Made by a program: the position numbers and the translations under genes. A stretch of 64,000 bases of DNA from positions 2,944,001-3,008,000 of the forward strand of contig OY970194.1 in the NCBI GenBank assembly GCA_963708075.1, read 5' to 3'. The stretch is from Sedimentisphaerales bacterium (GTDB taxonomy: Bacteria; Planctomycetota; Phycisphaerae; Sedimentisphaerales; Anaerobacaceae). Below, in pieces: positions 29,073 through 48,405 of this stretch. The first letter of the stretch is position 1, and every line of letters begins with the position of its first letter. The notes under the pieces were generated by a model that saw only the letters and a list, made by a program, of their open reading frames with translations, searched no databases and had not been told where the DNA came from.

Positions 29073-30235
29073 ATGAGAATGTCAGCCACTATCACAGGTC
29101 TTGTACTGATCCTGGCAGTATGCACGGCCCGTGCGCAGGATAGGTGGACTCTGCCGGGAGTGCAAGGGGTCAGCGTCTATTCCTGCCCGACCCACCCGCA
29201 GATTATGGCCACATGGCCCGCCCGTTGCCCGTATTGTCAGAGGGCGCTGCTTCGCGTAGCAGCACCGGCGGGCGGCGCTGCCGGGGGGCGCGCGGAGGCG
29301 GAGCGGGCGCGGCGGCCGGCGCAACTCGCGGAGGCGGCGAGAGCGCCATGGGTGGCCAGACGGGTTCGAGGGCAGGCGCCGCCGGCAGTCAGATGGGCCC
29401 CAGGGCGGGCACCTTACAACCCCAGGCCCAACAACCGGCGCAGCGCGGCGAGGAGTTCAGTGAGCGAGGATTCCGCGGTCAGGAATTTGGAGAGCATTTC
29501 CCCAATGAAGAGGGCCGCGAGCAGTTCCGAGGCAACGAGGAGTCCCGCGAGCGGTTCCGAGGTCAGGAGTTTGGCGAAGGTCAGCCCAACGAGGAATTCC
29601 GAGAACGACAGTTCGCTGTCCCAAGAGAACAATTCCCCCAGAGATTCCGGGGCGAGGAGTTCGGAGAGAGGCTCCCTAATGAGGAGTTCAGGGAGCGGCA
29701 GTTTGGCTTTCCCAATGAGGAGTTCGGGGATCGATTCCGAGGAGAGCAGTTCCGTGAAGGATTTCCGAACGAGGGATTTGAGGAGCCCTTCGGTGGTCCC
29801 GAAGAGGTGTTCCCGCGGGATCGGTTCGGATTCAACGATGATTTCCGAAATCAGCCCTTCGATCGCGACTTCCGCAGAGATCAGTTCGGGTTCGAGGATG
29901 ATTTCCGAACACGCCCATTCGACCGCGATTTCCGGCGAGATCAGTTCGGCGACCAGGGCTTCGGACAGGATCAGTTCGGAGATGAGTTTAGAGACCAGCA
30001 ATTCGATGACGAGTTCGGGCGGGACCAGGACGACCGGACAGACGATATCTGGACCCGGCGATTCAGCAACGAAGGTTCCCGCAGAGACCCGTTCGGTCTC
30101 GAGGAGGACTCTGGGACGCCGGGATTTGACGACGACCGCGTCCAGCGCGCTTCGTTGTCTTTGGTCAGTGAACTCGACGCGGGCTCCGGCGATACAACCA
30201 CAAGCGAGGACACCTGCCCCAGTGTGGTCGAATAG
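29073..30235 (+). pseudogene. Secreted heavy-metal-binding-domain protein with a long Phe/Glu/Arg/Asp/Gln repeat tail; -1 frameshift in the G6 run at 29283-29288
   Basis: Signal peptide and YSCPTHPQI..PARCPYC in frame 29073; Gly/Ala linker and repeats FRGEEFGE.FPNEEFRER / FDRDFRRDQFG in frame 29144. Confidence 0.7.
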
Positions 30236-30237
30236 GC

Positions 30238-32881
30238 ATGGCCATGAGTGATCTGTGTCCCCCGGTTCGTGCCGGCAATGCGAGAGCGGACGAGGCGCAA
30301 GAGGTCTTGCGCGCCACGCTCGACAATGGCCTGCGGATCGTCATCGTCCGCAACTCCCTGGCGCCGGCGGTAACCACCGTCGTCAACTACATGGCCGGCT
30401 CGAACGAGGCGCCCGAGGGCTTCCCGGGCACTGCGCACGCCCAGGAGCACATGATGTTCCGCGGCAGCCCCGGCTTGACCGCGGGACAACTGGCGGACAT
30501 CGTCGCCACCATGGGCGGCATGTTCAACGCGGACACGCAGCAGACCGTGACACAGTACTTCTTCACCGTGCCGGCCGATGACCTCGACGTCGCCCTGCAC
30601 ATCGAGCTGATCCGGATGCGAGGCGTGCTGGACAGCGAGCGGCTCTGGCAGCAGGAGAAAGGTGCGATCGAGCAGGAGGTGGCCCGGGACCTGTCGAACC
30701 CGGAGTACGTCTTCTACACCAGGCTGCTCGCGGCCATGTTCAGGGGGACGCCCTACGCACACCCGCCGCTCGGCACCGCCGCGTCGTTCGACAGGACCAC
30801 CGGGGCCATGCTCAAGACGTTCCACGAGAACCTGGTATGCCCCGAACAACGCGATCCTCGTTGTCGTCGGAGACGTGCAGCCACGGCAGGCGCTGGAGCA
30901 CCTCACGTGCCTGTTCGGCCCACTGCCTGCGAGACAACTGCCGGAGCGGCCTAAGATCTCGCTGCAGCCTGTGAAACCTGCCACCTTCCGGCTCACGACG
31001 GACCAGCCCATCGGGATGATCGTTGTCTCGTTTCGCATGCCGGGCTATCGAAGCGAAGACTACGCCGCCAGCCGGGTCCTGTCGGACGTGCTGGGCAGTC
31101 CGCGAGGTGGTCTGTACGCTCTGGCGCCGCAGGGCAAAACCCTGTACGCCGGCTTTGATCTCAGCACATTGCCCGAGGCCGGCCTGGGGTATGCCGTGGC
31201 CGCCTTCTCACATGACGCGGACCCGCAGCCACTGATGGACGAGGTACGAAGAATCCTCGCGGAGAGCGTGACGAAAGGATTTCCAGCCGACCTCGTAGAA
31301 GCCGCCAAACGGCAGGAATTGACCCGGTCTGAACTGCAGAAGAACTCCGTGTTCGGGCTGGCCATGGCGTGGTCGCAGGCGGTGGTCGTCGAGGGCCGGC
31401 AGTCTCCAGGGGAGAACATCAGGGCGATACAAGCCGTCACCGTAGAGGACGTGGACCGAGTAGCGCGCCGTTGCCTGGACCCGAACCGCGCCGTTGCCGC
31501 CATTCTCACACCGGAGACATCAGGACCGCCGACGGCCCACAAGGCCCCCGGCAGTATGGAGAGCTTTGCCCCCAGGCACACCGAGACTGTCAAGCTGCCC
31601 GACTGGGCTGAGAAGGCGATGCGGCGGCTCTCGATTCCAAAATCGACCCTGAATCCCGTCGTCACGACCTTGCCCAACGGGCTCAAGCTCATTGTCCAGG
31701 CCGCGACGATCAGCGATACGGTAAGCCTCTATGGCCATGTTCGAAACGAGCCCGCCATGCAGACCCCACCGGGGAAAGAGGGAGTGCACCAGGTGCTGAA
31801 CGGGATGTTCAGGTACGGCGCAACATCCCTCGACCGCGTGGCCTTTCAGCAGGCACTGGATGAGATCGGGGCCCGCGAATCGGCCGGGACGGATTTCTCG
31901 CTCGACGTGCTGGCCGGACAGTCCGACCGGGGCGTTCAACTCCTGGCTGACAACGTACTGTACCCCGCCCTGCCGCAGGAGGCGTTCCAAATCGTCCAAC
32001 AACAGATCGCCGGCACCGTGGCCGGCCAGTTCCAGAGCCCCGGATACCTGGCCATGCAGGCCCTTGCCAGGGGCCTGTACCCAAGTGGCGACCCGTCGCT
32101 GCGCGAGGCGACGCCGGCAACCGTGAACGCATTGACCCTCAAGGATGTCCGGGAGTATCATCGCAAGGTCTTTCGGCCGGACCTGACGACTATTGTCGTC
32201 ATCGGCCGGACCACACCGGAGGCGGCACGAAGGATTATCGAGAAGTACTTCGGCCTATGGCAGGCGGCCGGGTCGAAGCCAGACGTGTTCCTCCCGCCTG
32301 TGCCTGCGAACACGCCCTCCACTGTAGCGGTGCCCGACGCCAGCCGCGTGCAGGTCCAGGTCACGCTCGCACAGACGCTGCACCTGGAGCGATCACACCC
32401 GGACTATTATGCCCTGCAGCTTGGCAATCATGTGCTCGGCGGAGCGTTGTACGCCACACGGCTTTACCGGGATCTGCGAGAGGAAGCCGGGCTGGTCTAT
32501 AACGTCTCCACGTCCCTGAACGTGGGCAGGACGCGAGGGACCTATACCGTGCAATACGCCTGCGATCCCTCCAACGTTGCCATGGCAAAAGAAATCGTCC
32601 AGCGCAACCTCTCGCAAATGCAGTGCGAGCCGATCAGTGACAGCGAGCTGCAAACCACCAGAGCCCTGCTGTTGCGCGAGATTCCGCTGTCCGAGTCGAG
32701 CATGGACAGCATCGCGGAAGGCTTCATTTCCCGGATCAACCTCGCCCTGCCGCTAGATGAGCCGATCCTCGCAGCCCAGAGATACCTGGACCTGACCGCA
32801 CCGCAGGTCCAGGCAGCGTTCAGAAAATGGATTCGCCCGGATGCCTTCGTCCAGGTCAGCCGGGGCCCGGCCCTAAAGTAA
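30238..32881 (+). pseudogene. M16-family (PqqL/insulinase-like) zinc protease; +1 frameshift near 30830 (possibly an assembly error)
   Basis: TLDNGL, GTAHAQEHMMFRGS (HxxEH), then in the next frame WYAPNNAILVVVGD and a second lobe TLPNGL, RLYRDLREEAGLVY. Confidence 0.9.
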
Positions 32882-32903
32882 CTGAACACACCCCTCGATG
32901 CGG

Positions 32904-33494
32904 CTATGCCTGCGCGGGGACTTGTCCCACGCGGCGCAGCGCGGCGGTGAAATCCGGAGAGTTTATGTTCATCGTGTCGCCGGCCTTGCTGTAGTTGGCG
33001 TTGATGATATAACCCGGCTGACTTCCTGCCGCGGGTTTGTTGATGATGAGTGTGTTGCCGGAAATCCTGTATGTTTCGGTAGCGCGGACCACTTTTCCAT
33101 CCGGCGTGACCGTAGTCGTGACCAATTGGCTGTTCGGCTCGAACGACAGGTACATGTCCTTGTAGGGAGGTGCATTCGGCACGTTCAATTGTTCCACATG
33201 CCAATTCGTCCCGGTCAACTCTGTCGCCTCAGCCGGATTGTGCTCGCGGGCCTTTTTCTTATCGAACTCGTTGCCGATGATGTAGCCGAGGCCCGCGCCC
33301 ACGCCGGCCCCAATCACCGTACCAGCAGTATTGTGGCCAATCGCGTGGCCGACAACGCCGCCGAGCCCCGCGCCGGCCACTCCTCCAATGATCCCCCCGG
33401 TATGCTCCTTGGCGGTTGTCCCCACTTCCTGGCCCTGGCACCCGGCCAGCATGATGGCAACCCCCATGACCACCAGCACTATCTTCCTGCTCAT
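32904..33494 (-). CDS. Glycine-zipper lipoprotein
   Basis: Lipobox MLAGC; GGIIGGVAGAGLGGVVG...GAGVGAGLGYIIG. Confidence 0.85.
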   Translation of the reverse strand: MSRKIVLVVMGVAIMLAGCQGQEVGTTAKEHTGGIIGGVAGAGLGGVVGHAIGHNTAGTVIGAGVGAGLGYIIGNEFDKKKAREHNPAEATELTGTNWHVEQLNVPNAPPYKDMYLSFEPNSQLVTTTVTPDGKVVRATETYRISGNTLIINKPAAGSQPGYIINANYSKAGDTMNINSPDFTAALRRVGQVPAQA

Positions 33495-34240
33495 GATTCC
33501 CCCTTTTTGCACGCATCAAGTTCCCATCAGACTCGGTGATCGCCCCATCCGGCCGTACCCGCTGGGGACCATACAAGACCACCCCTGTGTGCTCGCCATC
33601 CAGGATAGAGCACAATGCCCCAAACGCCTATCGGCATCGCTCTGCTCCCGCCGGAGGATTTTGCCTAATCCCGGCGAGCGCCAGATCCGAACTCAGCCAC
33701 GACTGAAGACGCAGGCGCCAGGCTTGACAGGCCGTCGAAACTCATGCCACCTATTATCAAGCTCGATCATACCTTCTGGCGGAGTCTGCATGGAGGGTGG
33801 ACCAACGACCAGACCATAGTTCTCCCCATGCGGTGCATACCAGCGAAACTCGATCGTGACGCCGCGGTCCACCTACGCCAAGTGCAACGACCCCAGCGGT
33901 TAGAACGACGGCAAGGATGCCTGACGCCTCCGGCTTCAACGACACTCTGTTGGTTTGTCCCGCTGATTGACTCATACGGCTCCTTCGCCTCATTGCCCGC
34001 TGTGCCTCGCACCACCTTCAACATCACTGCGCTTCAGCACGCTGCGGCACAGTATAACCTTGCGGGTCCGAAGGAGGCAACAAGGCAGCGTAGGTACATG
34101 CCGTGCGTTTTGCACGCTGGCGGTTGCGACGCCATGGAGGGTGTGATAGACTGTGATGGTCCCAGGAGCGGCCGGTGGTTGTGGGGCATGCGTGGAAGGC
34201 CGCGGATGACGTGGTGAGCACGGGGTTGAGGACGACGGAT

Positions 34241-35110
34241 ATGAGGATCGGATTTCACACGGACGCGTTCAACAGCGCGTATTTCAGCTTCGAGAAGTGC
34301 CTGCAGTGGGCGCAGAAGAACGGCGTGCATTACATCGAGTGCGGGCTGATCGACGGAGTGAGCTGGATTCACGGGCTGGGCTACCAGCCGCACGTCGCCC
34401 TCTACGAGGACCCGATCCTGCTGCGGCGCAAGATGGACTCCTACGATGTGCGGTTTTCGCAAGTCGATGCCGCGTATCCCCTTTCAGGCAAGGACGGCCC
34501 GATTCGCGGCGTGCCCTACGTGATGAAGTCGATCCAGTGGGCGCACGTGATCGGCTGTCCCTGCGTGGACACGACCGACGGGATGCACCAGCCGGAAGGA
34601 TTGACCGACGCCGAAGCGATGGAGCTGATGAAACGAAGCTACGGGCAGATCATGGAGGTCGCCGAAGCCCACGGGATCATCGTGAACGTCGAGCCGCACG
34701 GCTACTTCACTACGAAACCCGACATGATGGCGCGGATGCTCGACTTTGTTGACAGCAAGTACCTCCGCATGAACATGGACACGGGCAATACATTCATCGC
34801 GGGCCAGGACCCGGTCGCGTTCCTCAAGCGATTCATCGACCGCGTCAGCCACGTGCACGTGAAAGACGTCTCGCAGTCGCTGGCGACCTCTGTCCGCGGC
34901 CAGCAGACCGGCATCGCCGTCAGCCAGTGCGCCATCGGCGACGGCGTCAACGCCGACAACATCCGCAAGTGTCTGGAGTTGCTCCGCGACCACGGCTACG
35001 AGGGAACCCTGAGCATGGAATGCGAAGGCCAGGCCGGCCCGATGATCGAAAAATCCCTCGCCTGGCTCCGCCAAACCCTCGCCGAGTTGAAGATTCCGGT
35101 CGAGAAATGA
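34241..35110 (+). CDS. Sugar phosphate isomerase/epimerase (xylose-isomerase-like TIM barrel)
   Basis: VNVEPHG, NMDTGN, HVHVKD, LSMECE. Confidence 0.9.
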   Translation: MRIGFHTDAFNSAYFSFEKCLQWAQKNGVHYIECGLIDGVSWIHGLGYQPHVALYEDPILLRRKMDSYDVRFSQVDAAYPLSGKDGPIRGVPYVMKSIQWAHVIGCPCVDTTDGMHQPEGLTDAEAMELMKRSYGQIMEVAEAHGIIVNVEPHGYFTTKPDMMARMLDFVDSKYLRMNMDTGNTFIAGQDPVAFLKRFIDRVSHVHVKDVSQSLATSVRGQQTGIAVSQCAIGDGVNADNIRKCLELLRDHGYEGTLSMECEGQAGPMIEKSLAWLRQTLAELKIPVEK

Positions 35111-35254
35111 CCGGCGGGCCATAAGATGAGTGTCCCCGAGAGCTGAATTGTGCGGGGGAGGTGCTTGAGACTACTATTGCAGGCAGATATACTGTGACGC
35201 ACTGGGCCGTTCATCAAAAGATGTCGGATAGCAGGCTAATATAGGGGAGTATCT

Positions 35255-36229
35255 ATGCGAAATGAACGTACACACGCCGGAAGTCCCGCTCTCGCTCGTC
35301 GTCAATTCCTGGCCGTGGGCGCCGGATCGGTTGCGGCTGCGATGAGTGGCACAGGTGCTGTCCAGGCCGCGGAGGCCGGCGCCTCGCGCGTTGTGACGCC
35401 GCCGCAGGGCAAGCGGATTCTGCTGTCCTGCAAGCTCGGCATGCTGCCGAAGGAGATCGAGGGGAAGAAACTGTCGGTCGTGGAGCGGCTGCAGCTGGCG
35501 AGCGAGGCCGGATTTGACGGCGTCGATTTCGACCAGGCGGGGGAATTCACGCCCGAGCAGGCGCGGGACGCCGTACGCGAGTCGGGGGTGTTCGTTCATA
35601 ACGCGATCAACCATGCTCACTGGGACAAGCGGTTGACGAGTGAGAAACAGGAGGACCGCGATCAAGGTCGGGCCAACATCGAGCACTGCCTGCGCGTCTC
35701 GCATGCGGCCGGGGGCAGCGGCGTGCTGATCGTCCTGGGACGAGGCGACGATGGACCGGCGGAGGTGATCGAGGAACGGGCCCGGCAGGAGATCAAGAAG
35801 CTCCTTCCGATGGCGGGGCCGCTGGGCCAGATGATCCTGGTTGAGAACGTCTGGAATAAAATGATGTACGACCACGATGCCCCGCCGGAGCAGAGTGCGG
35901 AGAGATTCGTGAAATTCATCGACAGCTTGAATAGCCCGTGGGTCGGGATGTACTACGACATCGGGAACCACTGGAAGTACGGCCAGCCGGGCGACTGGAT
36001 TCGGGCGTTCGGCCGCCGCTGCGTGAAATGCGACGTGAAGGGCTTCAGCCGGGCTCAGAACAAGTTCGTGGAGATCACCGGTGACGGTGATGACCTCCCG
36101 TGGGCCGATGTCCGCAAGGCCCTCGACGATATCGGCTTTGCCGGCTGGGTAACCGCCGAAGTCGGTGGCGGCGACGTCAAACGCCTCACCCAGGTCCGCC
36201 AACAGATGCAGAAGGCCTTCGGCGTCTAA
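35255..36229 (+). CDS. Tat-exported sugar phosphate isomerase/epimerase (hexulose/ribulose-phosphate 3-epimerase-like)
   Basis: ARRQFL Tat motif; AGFDGV, ILVENVWN, YYDIGNH, DVKGFS, WVTAEV. Confidence 0.88.
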   Translation: MRNERTHAGSPALARRQFLAVGAGSVAAAMSGTGAVQAAEAGASRVVTPPQGKRILLSCKLGMLPKEIEGKKLSVVERLQLASEAGFDGVDFDQAGEFTPEQARDAVRESGVFVHNAINHAHWDKRLTSEKQEDRDQGRANIEHCLRVSHAAGGSGVLIVLGRGDDGPAEVIEERARQEIKKLLPMAGPLGQMILVENVWNKMMYDHDAPPEQSAERFVKFIDSLNSPWVGMYYDIGNHWKYGQPGDWIRAFGRRCVKCDVKGFSRAQNKFVEITGDGDDLPWADVRKALDDIGFAGWVTAEVGGGDVKRLTQVRQQMQKAFGV

Positions 36230-37231
36230 ATGGCCCCGATGGAATGCAGTAAGTGCCGGAAAGAGATATCTGACGCTGCAAAGAAGTGCCCTCATTGCGG
36301 CGCACGCACGAAGAGTCGCCAAGGCACGAGGCCAAAGAAGTGGTACGAGAGAACGTCCGTGACCCTGTGTGTGGCGGCGGGTCTTGTCGTCGTCGGCCTG
36401 GGATTCATCCACGTGGTCACCGGCGTCACATCCTCCTACGAATTGCCCTTCGACATCCTTCTGAAGGATTCGTTCGGATATCGTGAAACGCTCGTGGATG
36501 CCGGGAGAATCCAGGCGTTGCCATACGCCGCCGCACTGCATAAGTATCCGCTCGGGGTCAGAGTGCTCCAGAAAAGAGGCTATATGCCTGCCGGCCTCGA
36601 GTTTGAGGCCGAGATGGCGACCGAGCAGCGGCAAGACCTGCAGCGATGGCAAGTGCAGTTCGAGGAGGCACTCGGCCGGCCGGAGTCCCGCTGGCAAGAT
36701 CAGTTGCGGCAAGCAGGGCAAGTTCCTCCGGGGGACGCAGAGGACGCCCAAGCCTGCAATCATCGGGGTGTTGCCCTCGCCAGGCAAGGCGAGTATCAGG
36801 CAGCCATCGCGGAGTTCACCAGGGCAATACGGAGAGACCCGACATATGCCGACGCTTTCTACAATCGGGCGATGGTCTGCCTTGCCATCGGCAATCTGGG
36901 CGCGGCGGCATCCGATTTTGGCAAAGTCGTCGAGATACGACCGGACTTCGTCGAAGGCTACATCAGACGGGCTCGTCTCCAGGCCGCGATGAACGAGCGC
37001 AGCCAGGCCATTTCGGACCTCACCAGGGCCATTGAGATCGACCCCCGTTGCGTCAAGGCGTACTTCCATCGCAGTCTGGCTCGCTACACGAACGGTGAGT
37101 ACAACGAGGCATGGAACGATGTGCGCAAAATCCAGGACCTCGGCTCGCAGGTCCCTTCGGGATTCATCGAGGCGCTCCGTGCCGCTTCGGGCGGCAAAAA
37201 GCATGAAACACCCACATCAGCGCATCGGTGA
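36230..37231 (+). CDS. Zinc-ribbon, TM-anchored TPR protein
   Basis: CSKC..CPHCG, one TM helix, several TPRs (AIAEFTRAIRRDP, AISDLTRAIEIDP). Confidence 0.85.
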   Translation: MAPMECSKCRKEISDAAKKCPHCGARTKSRQGTRPKKWYERTSVTLCVAAGLVVVGLGFIHVVTGVTSSYELPFDILLKDSFGYRETLVDAGRIQALPYAAALHKYPLGVRVLQKRGYMPAGLEFEAEMATEQRQDLQRWQVQFEEALGRPESRWQDQLRQAGQVPPGDAEDAQACNHRGVALARQGEYQAAIAEFTRAIRRDPTYADAFYNRAMVCLAIGNLGAAASDFGKVVEIRPDFVEGYIRRARLQAAMNERSQAISDLTRAIEIDPRCVKAYFHRSLARYTNGEYNEAWNDVRKIQDLGSQVPSGFIEALRAASGGKKHETPTSAHR

Positions 37232-37420
37232 GAGATGATTGCCACACACCACAACCTGATTTGAGCGTGCGACTGGCCGGGCGTCTGGATGACAGAATCT
37301 CTGCGGCGTGAACACTTTTCGAATCTATATTGCCGAATGGGAACAGGGTGCTCATTCCGGCGTCCAAGGGCCGAACGGCCGACTTTATGAGACCACACAA
37401 CGGTCTGCGTGCTTGCGGGC

Positions 37421-37449
37421 TTGCAATTCGGATGAAAACAAGCTATAAT
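37421..37449 (+). promoter_or_regulatory. Near-consensus sigma70 promoter
   Basis: TTGCAA-17 bp-TATAAT. Confidence 0.75.
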
Positions 37450-37455
37450 TGTCGG

Positions 37456-37536
37456 ATGGGCACACTTGAGGTGATCGTCGTTGTTTCGCTCGTATCGGTG
37501 CTGTACTTGTACCTGAGACAGTCCAACGAGCAATAG
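37456..37536 (+). CDS. Putative leaderless 26-aa membrane peptide MGTLEVIVVVSLVSVLYLYLRQSNEQ
   Basis: ATG starts 7 nt after TATAAT; single hydrophobic helix; GC hairpin at 37538-37554 right after the stop. Confidence 0.5.
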   Translation: MGTLEVIVVVSLVSVLYLYLRQSNEQ

Positions 37537-37579
37537 CCCGCCGGGGTCCGGCGGACTCACTCCATCCCCGCCTCAAATC

Positions 37580-38701
37580 TCACGCCACTTTCTCATCCAT
37601 CAGGCGGGTGAATTCCTCGAAGAGGTATCTCGAGTCGTGCGGGCCCGGAGAGGCTTCGGGGTGATACTGGACAGAAAACGCCGCCAGTTTCTGACAGCGG
37701 AGGCCTTCGAGGGTGTTGTCGTTGAGATTCATGTGGGTGAGTTCCACGTCCTTGCCCGCAAACGAGTCGAGGTCCACGCAGAAGCCGTGGTTCTGGCTGG
37801 TGATCTCGATCCTGCCCGTGTCGAGGTTCTTGACGGGATGATTGGCGCCGCGATGGCCGAACTTGAGCTTGTACGTGCGTCCGCCCAGCGCCAGGCCGAG
37901 AATCTGATGGCCGAGGCAGATGCCGAAGATGGGCAGCTTGCCGAGCAGGGATTTGACCGTCTCGATCGCATAGGTCACCGCCGCAGGATCGCCCGGCCCA
38001 TTGCTCAGGAACACGCCATCGGGCTTGCGGGCGAGGACCTCCGCCGCCGGGGTCTGGGCAGGCACGACGGTGACATCGCAGCCGTGCGAGACCAGCAGCC
38101 GAAGGATATTCTGCTTGATGCCGTAGTCGAACGCAACGACCTTGTACCTGGCCGGCGGCTGAATCCGCTCGCCGGTCAGGACGTTTACAGCACCCTCCTT
38201 CCACTCGTACGGCTTATCGACTGTCACGTCCGTGACGATATCCCTGCCGACGAGTCCGGGGTACTCCTGGAGCTTCTCCGCCAGTTTTTTGCGATCCGCC
38301 TCCGTAGAGGAGATGATGCCGCGCATCGCCCCCTGCGTGCGGATATGCCGGACGAGGCTGCGCGTGTCGATGTCCTCAATGCCGACGATTCCACTCTTCT
38401 TCAGGTACTCGTCGAGCGTGGCGCCGTTTCGCCAATTGCTCGGATAGGGGCAGTTCTCCTTGACCACGAAGCCGGCGGCGAAGAGCTTTCGGGACTCCCA
38501 GTCCCCCGTGTTCGTGCCGTAGTTGCCGATGAGCGGGTACGTCATCGTGATGATCTGCTCGTGGTACGAGGGGTCAGTGAGGATTTCCTGATATCCGCAC
38601 ATGCTCGTGTTGAACACGACCTCGCCGCACCGCTGGCCGCGGGCGCCGAACGCCCGGCCCTCGAAAAACGTGCCGTCTTCCAGTAGTAATGCTGCCTTCA
38701 T
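37580..38701 (-). CDS. carA: Carbamoyl-phosphate synthase small subunit
   Basis: [41 protein letters not shown]. Confidence 0.98.
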   Translation of the reverse strand: MKAALLLEDGTFFEGRAFGARGQRCGEVVFNTSMCGYQEILTDPSYHEQIITMTYPLIGNYGTNTGDWESRKLFAAGFVVKENCPYPSNWRNGATLDEYLKKSGIVGIEDIDTRSLVRHIRTQGAMRGIISSTEADRKKLAEKLQEYPGLVGRDIVTDVTVDKPYEWKEGAVNVLTGERIQPPARYKVVAFDYGIKQNILRLLVSHGCDVTVVPAQTPAAEVLARKPDGVFLSNGPGDPAAVTYAIETVKSLLGKLPIFGICLGHQILGLALGGRTYKLKFGHRGANHPVKNLDTGRIEITSQNHGFCVDLDSFAGKDVELTHMNLNDNTLEGLRCQKLAAFSVQYHPEASPGPHDSRYLFEEFTRLMDEKVA

Positions 38702-38859
38702 GATTTATGATTTACCATTTACGATTTATGATTTGAAAAGGACAGTTCCCATTATGGCTCACGATCTACTATTTACACATTCCGATTTGTGAAGGACCGT
38801 TCCCTATGTCTCATTCAATCCGCCTCTTCCCCTTTCAATCGCAAATCATAAATTGTAGA

Positions 38860-38860
<1 letters not shown>
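38701..38860. repeat. AT-rich heptamer tracts in inverted orientation enclosing a ~23-bp imperfect direct repeat
   Basis: GATTTAT/GATTTAC/CATTTAC/GATTTAT/GATTTG at 38702-38735 mirrored by CAAATCATAAATTGTAGAT at 38842-38860; AAGGACAGTTCCCATTATGGCTCA (38738-38761) vs AAGGACCGTTCCCTATGTCTCA (38792-38813). Confidence 0.6.
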
Positions 38861-42069
<3,209 letters not shown>

Positions 42070-42220
42070 ATTCTCCTGTTAGGCTCACCGCCTCGGTCAG
42101 AACGCACCTGCAGCCCGACCGCTCTGGATCACTTCGACGTACGGGGTGCGACGCACACCCTACCGGCTATCTACGACCTCCCGTTATTCTACGGAGCGTA
42201 TGGGGAGGGGGTTTCGTGCG

Positions 42221-43640
42221 TCACTGGGGATTCTGACGCAGCCAGCAGTCCATCGCCGCTGCCGCCTCTCGCCCGCTATGGATAGCCCGGACGACCAGTG
42301 AGGCCCCGTTGACCGTATCTCCGGCTGCAAAAACCCACGGCTCACTGGTTTGATAACGGTCCACTATTACATTCCCTTTTGCGTCAAGTTGCAAGCCTAA
42401 ATCCTGCACCAGGCCCTCATGCGTGACATGTAGGAAACCCAGGGCCAGCAGGACCAGGTCCGCTTTCAGGACGAACTCCGTTCCGGGCAACTCTTTGAGT
42501 TGCCAGTTGCCGTTGGCATTGACCCACTCCACTTCACAAGCGTGCAGCTCTTTCACATTACCGTTATCGCCGGCGAACGCCTTGGTCAGCACGGACCACC
42601 GCCGCTCGCAGCCCTCCTCGTGGGAAGACGACGTCCGCATGATCCGCGGCCACGTCGGCCAGGGGGTATCCACGGGGCGAGTCTCGGGCGGTTTCGGCAG
42701 GATTTCCAGTTGATAGATCTTCTTGGCCCGCTGCCGACGGGCGGTGCCGACACAGTCGCTGCCGGTATCGCCGCCGCCGAGCACGACCACGACTTTGTCG
42801 CGGGCGTTGACTCTCGGGATGCCATCCAGCGGCTCGGCGGCACAGAGCTTGTTCTGGGCGGCCAGGTAGTCCAGGGCAAAAAGAATGTTGCCCCGTTCCC
42901 GACCGGTAACGGAAACATCGCGAGCGGCGCGCGTGCCCATGGCTAAGCAGACGCAGTCGAACATCTTGCGCAGGTAGTGGGCGGAGATGTCCTTTCCAAC
43001 GTTGACGCCGGTCTGGAACTCCACGCCCTCCGTCTTGAGCTGTTCCAGCCGCCGGTCGATGATGTGCTTGCCCAGCTTGAAATCGGGGATGCCATAGCGG
43101 AGCATGCCGCCGGCCTGCTCGTCCTTTTCGAAAATGACCACGTCGTGACCGGCTCTGGCCAACTGCTGTGCGGCGGCCAGTCCGGCGGGCCCGGAGCCGA
43201 CGACCGCCACGCGTTTGCCCGTTCTTCGCGGCGAGGGCAGCGGCCTGATCCAGCCTTCCTGAAAGCCCCGCTCGACGATCTGGTATTCGATATGGCGAAT
43301 CAGGACGGGCTGATCGCTGACCGACAGCGTGCAGGATGCCTCGCACGGAGCGGGACAAATCCGGCCGGTGATCTCGGGGAAATTGTTCGTCTCGTGCAGG
43401 ATGCGGCAGGCCCGTTCCCACTGGCCCTTGTACACCGCTTCGTTCATGTCCGGGATGTTGTTGCCGAGCGGACAGCCCGCCCCGTGGCAGAACGGGATGC
43501 CACAGTCCATGCAGCGGGCGGCCTGCAGACGAATCGCATCCGGCGTCAGCGGCAGGTCGAGCTCGCTGAAGTCATGGATGCGCTCCTCGACCGGACGATG
43601 GCCGACCTCCTGGCGTCTGTGCTTGAGAAACCCTTTGATC

Positions 43641-43648
<8 letters not shown>
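42221..43648 (-). CDS. gltD: Glutamate synthase small (beta) subunit
   Basis: QAARCMDCGIPFCH, GRICPAPCE, VGSGPAGLAAAQQL, GGGDTGSDC, FAAGD; ATG overlaps the gltB end. Confidence 0.97.
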
Positions 43649-48251
<4,603 letters not shown>

Positions 48252-48405
48252 GATTTTCCTGAACTTACGAGCATGTGCAACCACTGCCACTCGTTCACAG
48301 CGTTACCCATACTATACGACATTACTCCCCTTCCGCTATGGCAGTTCCGTTAATATACATCATAAACGTGATTTATAACATTATCAGAAACCCTTATCGA
48401 ACATC

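Noticed and set aside
29283..29288. G6 tract as a phase-variation switch
   Set aside because: The run is short for slipped-strand phase variation and neighbouring genes show similar indels, so assembly error is more parsimonious
29440..30030. Repetitive DNA that might be a CRISPR array
   Set aside because: The repeats are degenerate at third codon positions, in frame and lack unique spacers, so they are protein-coding repeats; no cas genes are present
33513..34240. Several short ORFs in a ~700-bp intergenic region
   Set aside because: No RBS, motif or coding-like composition supports any of them, and I recognise no RNA structure
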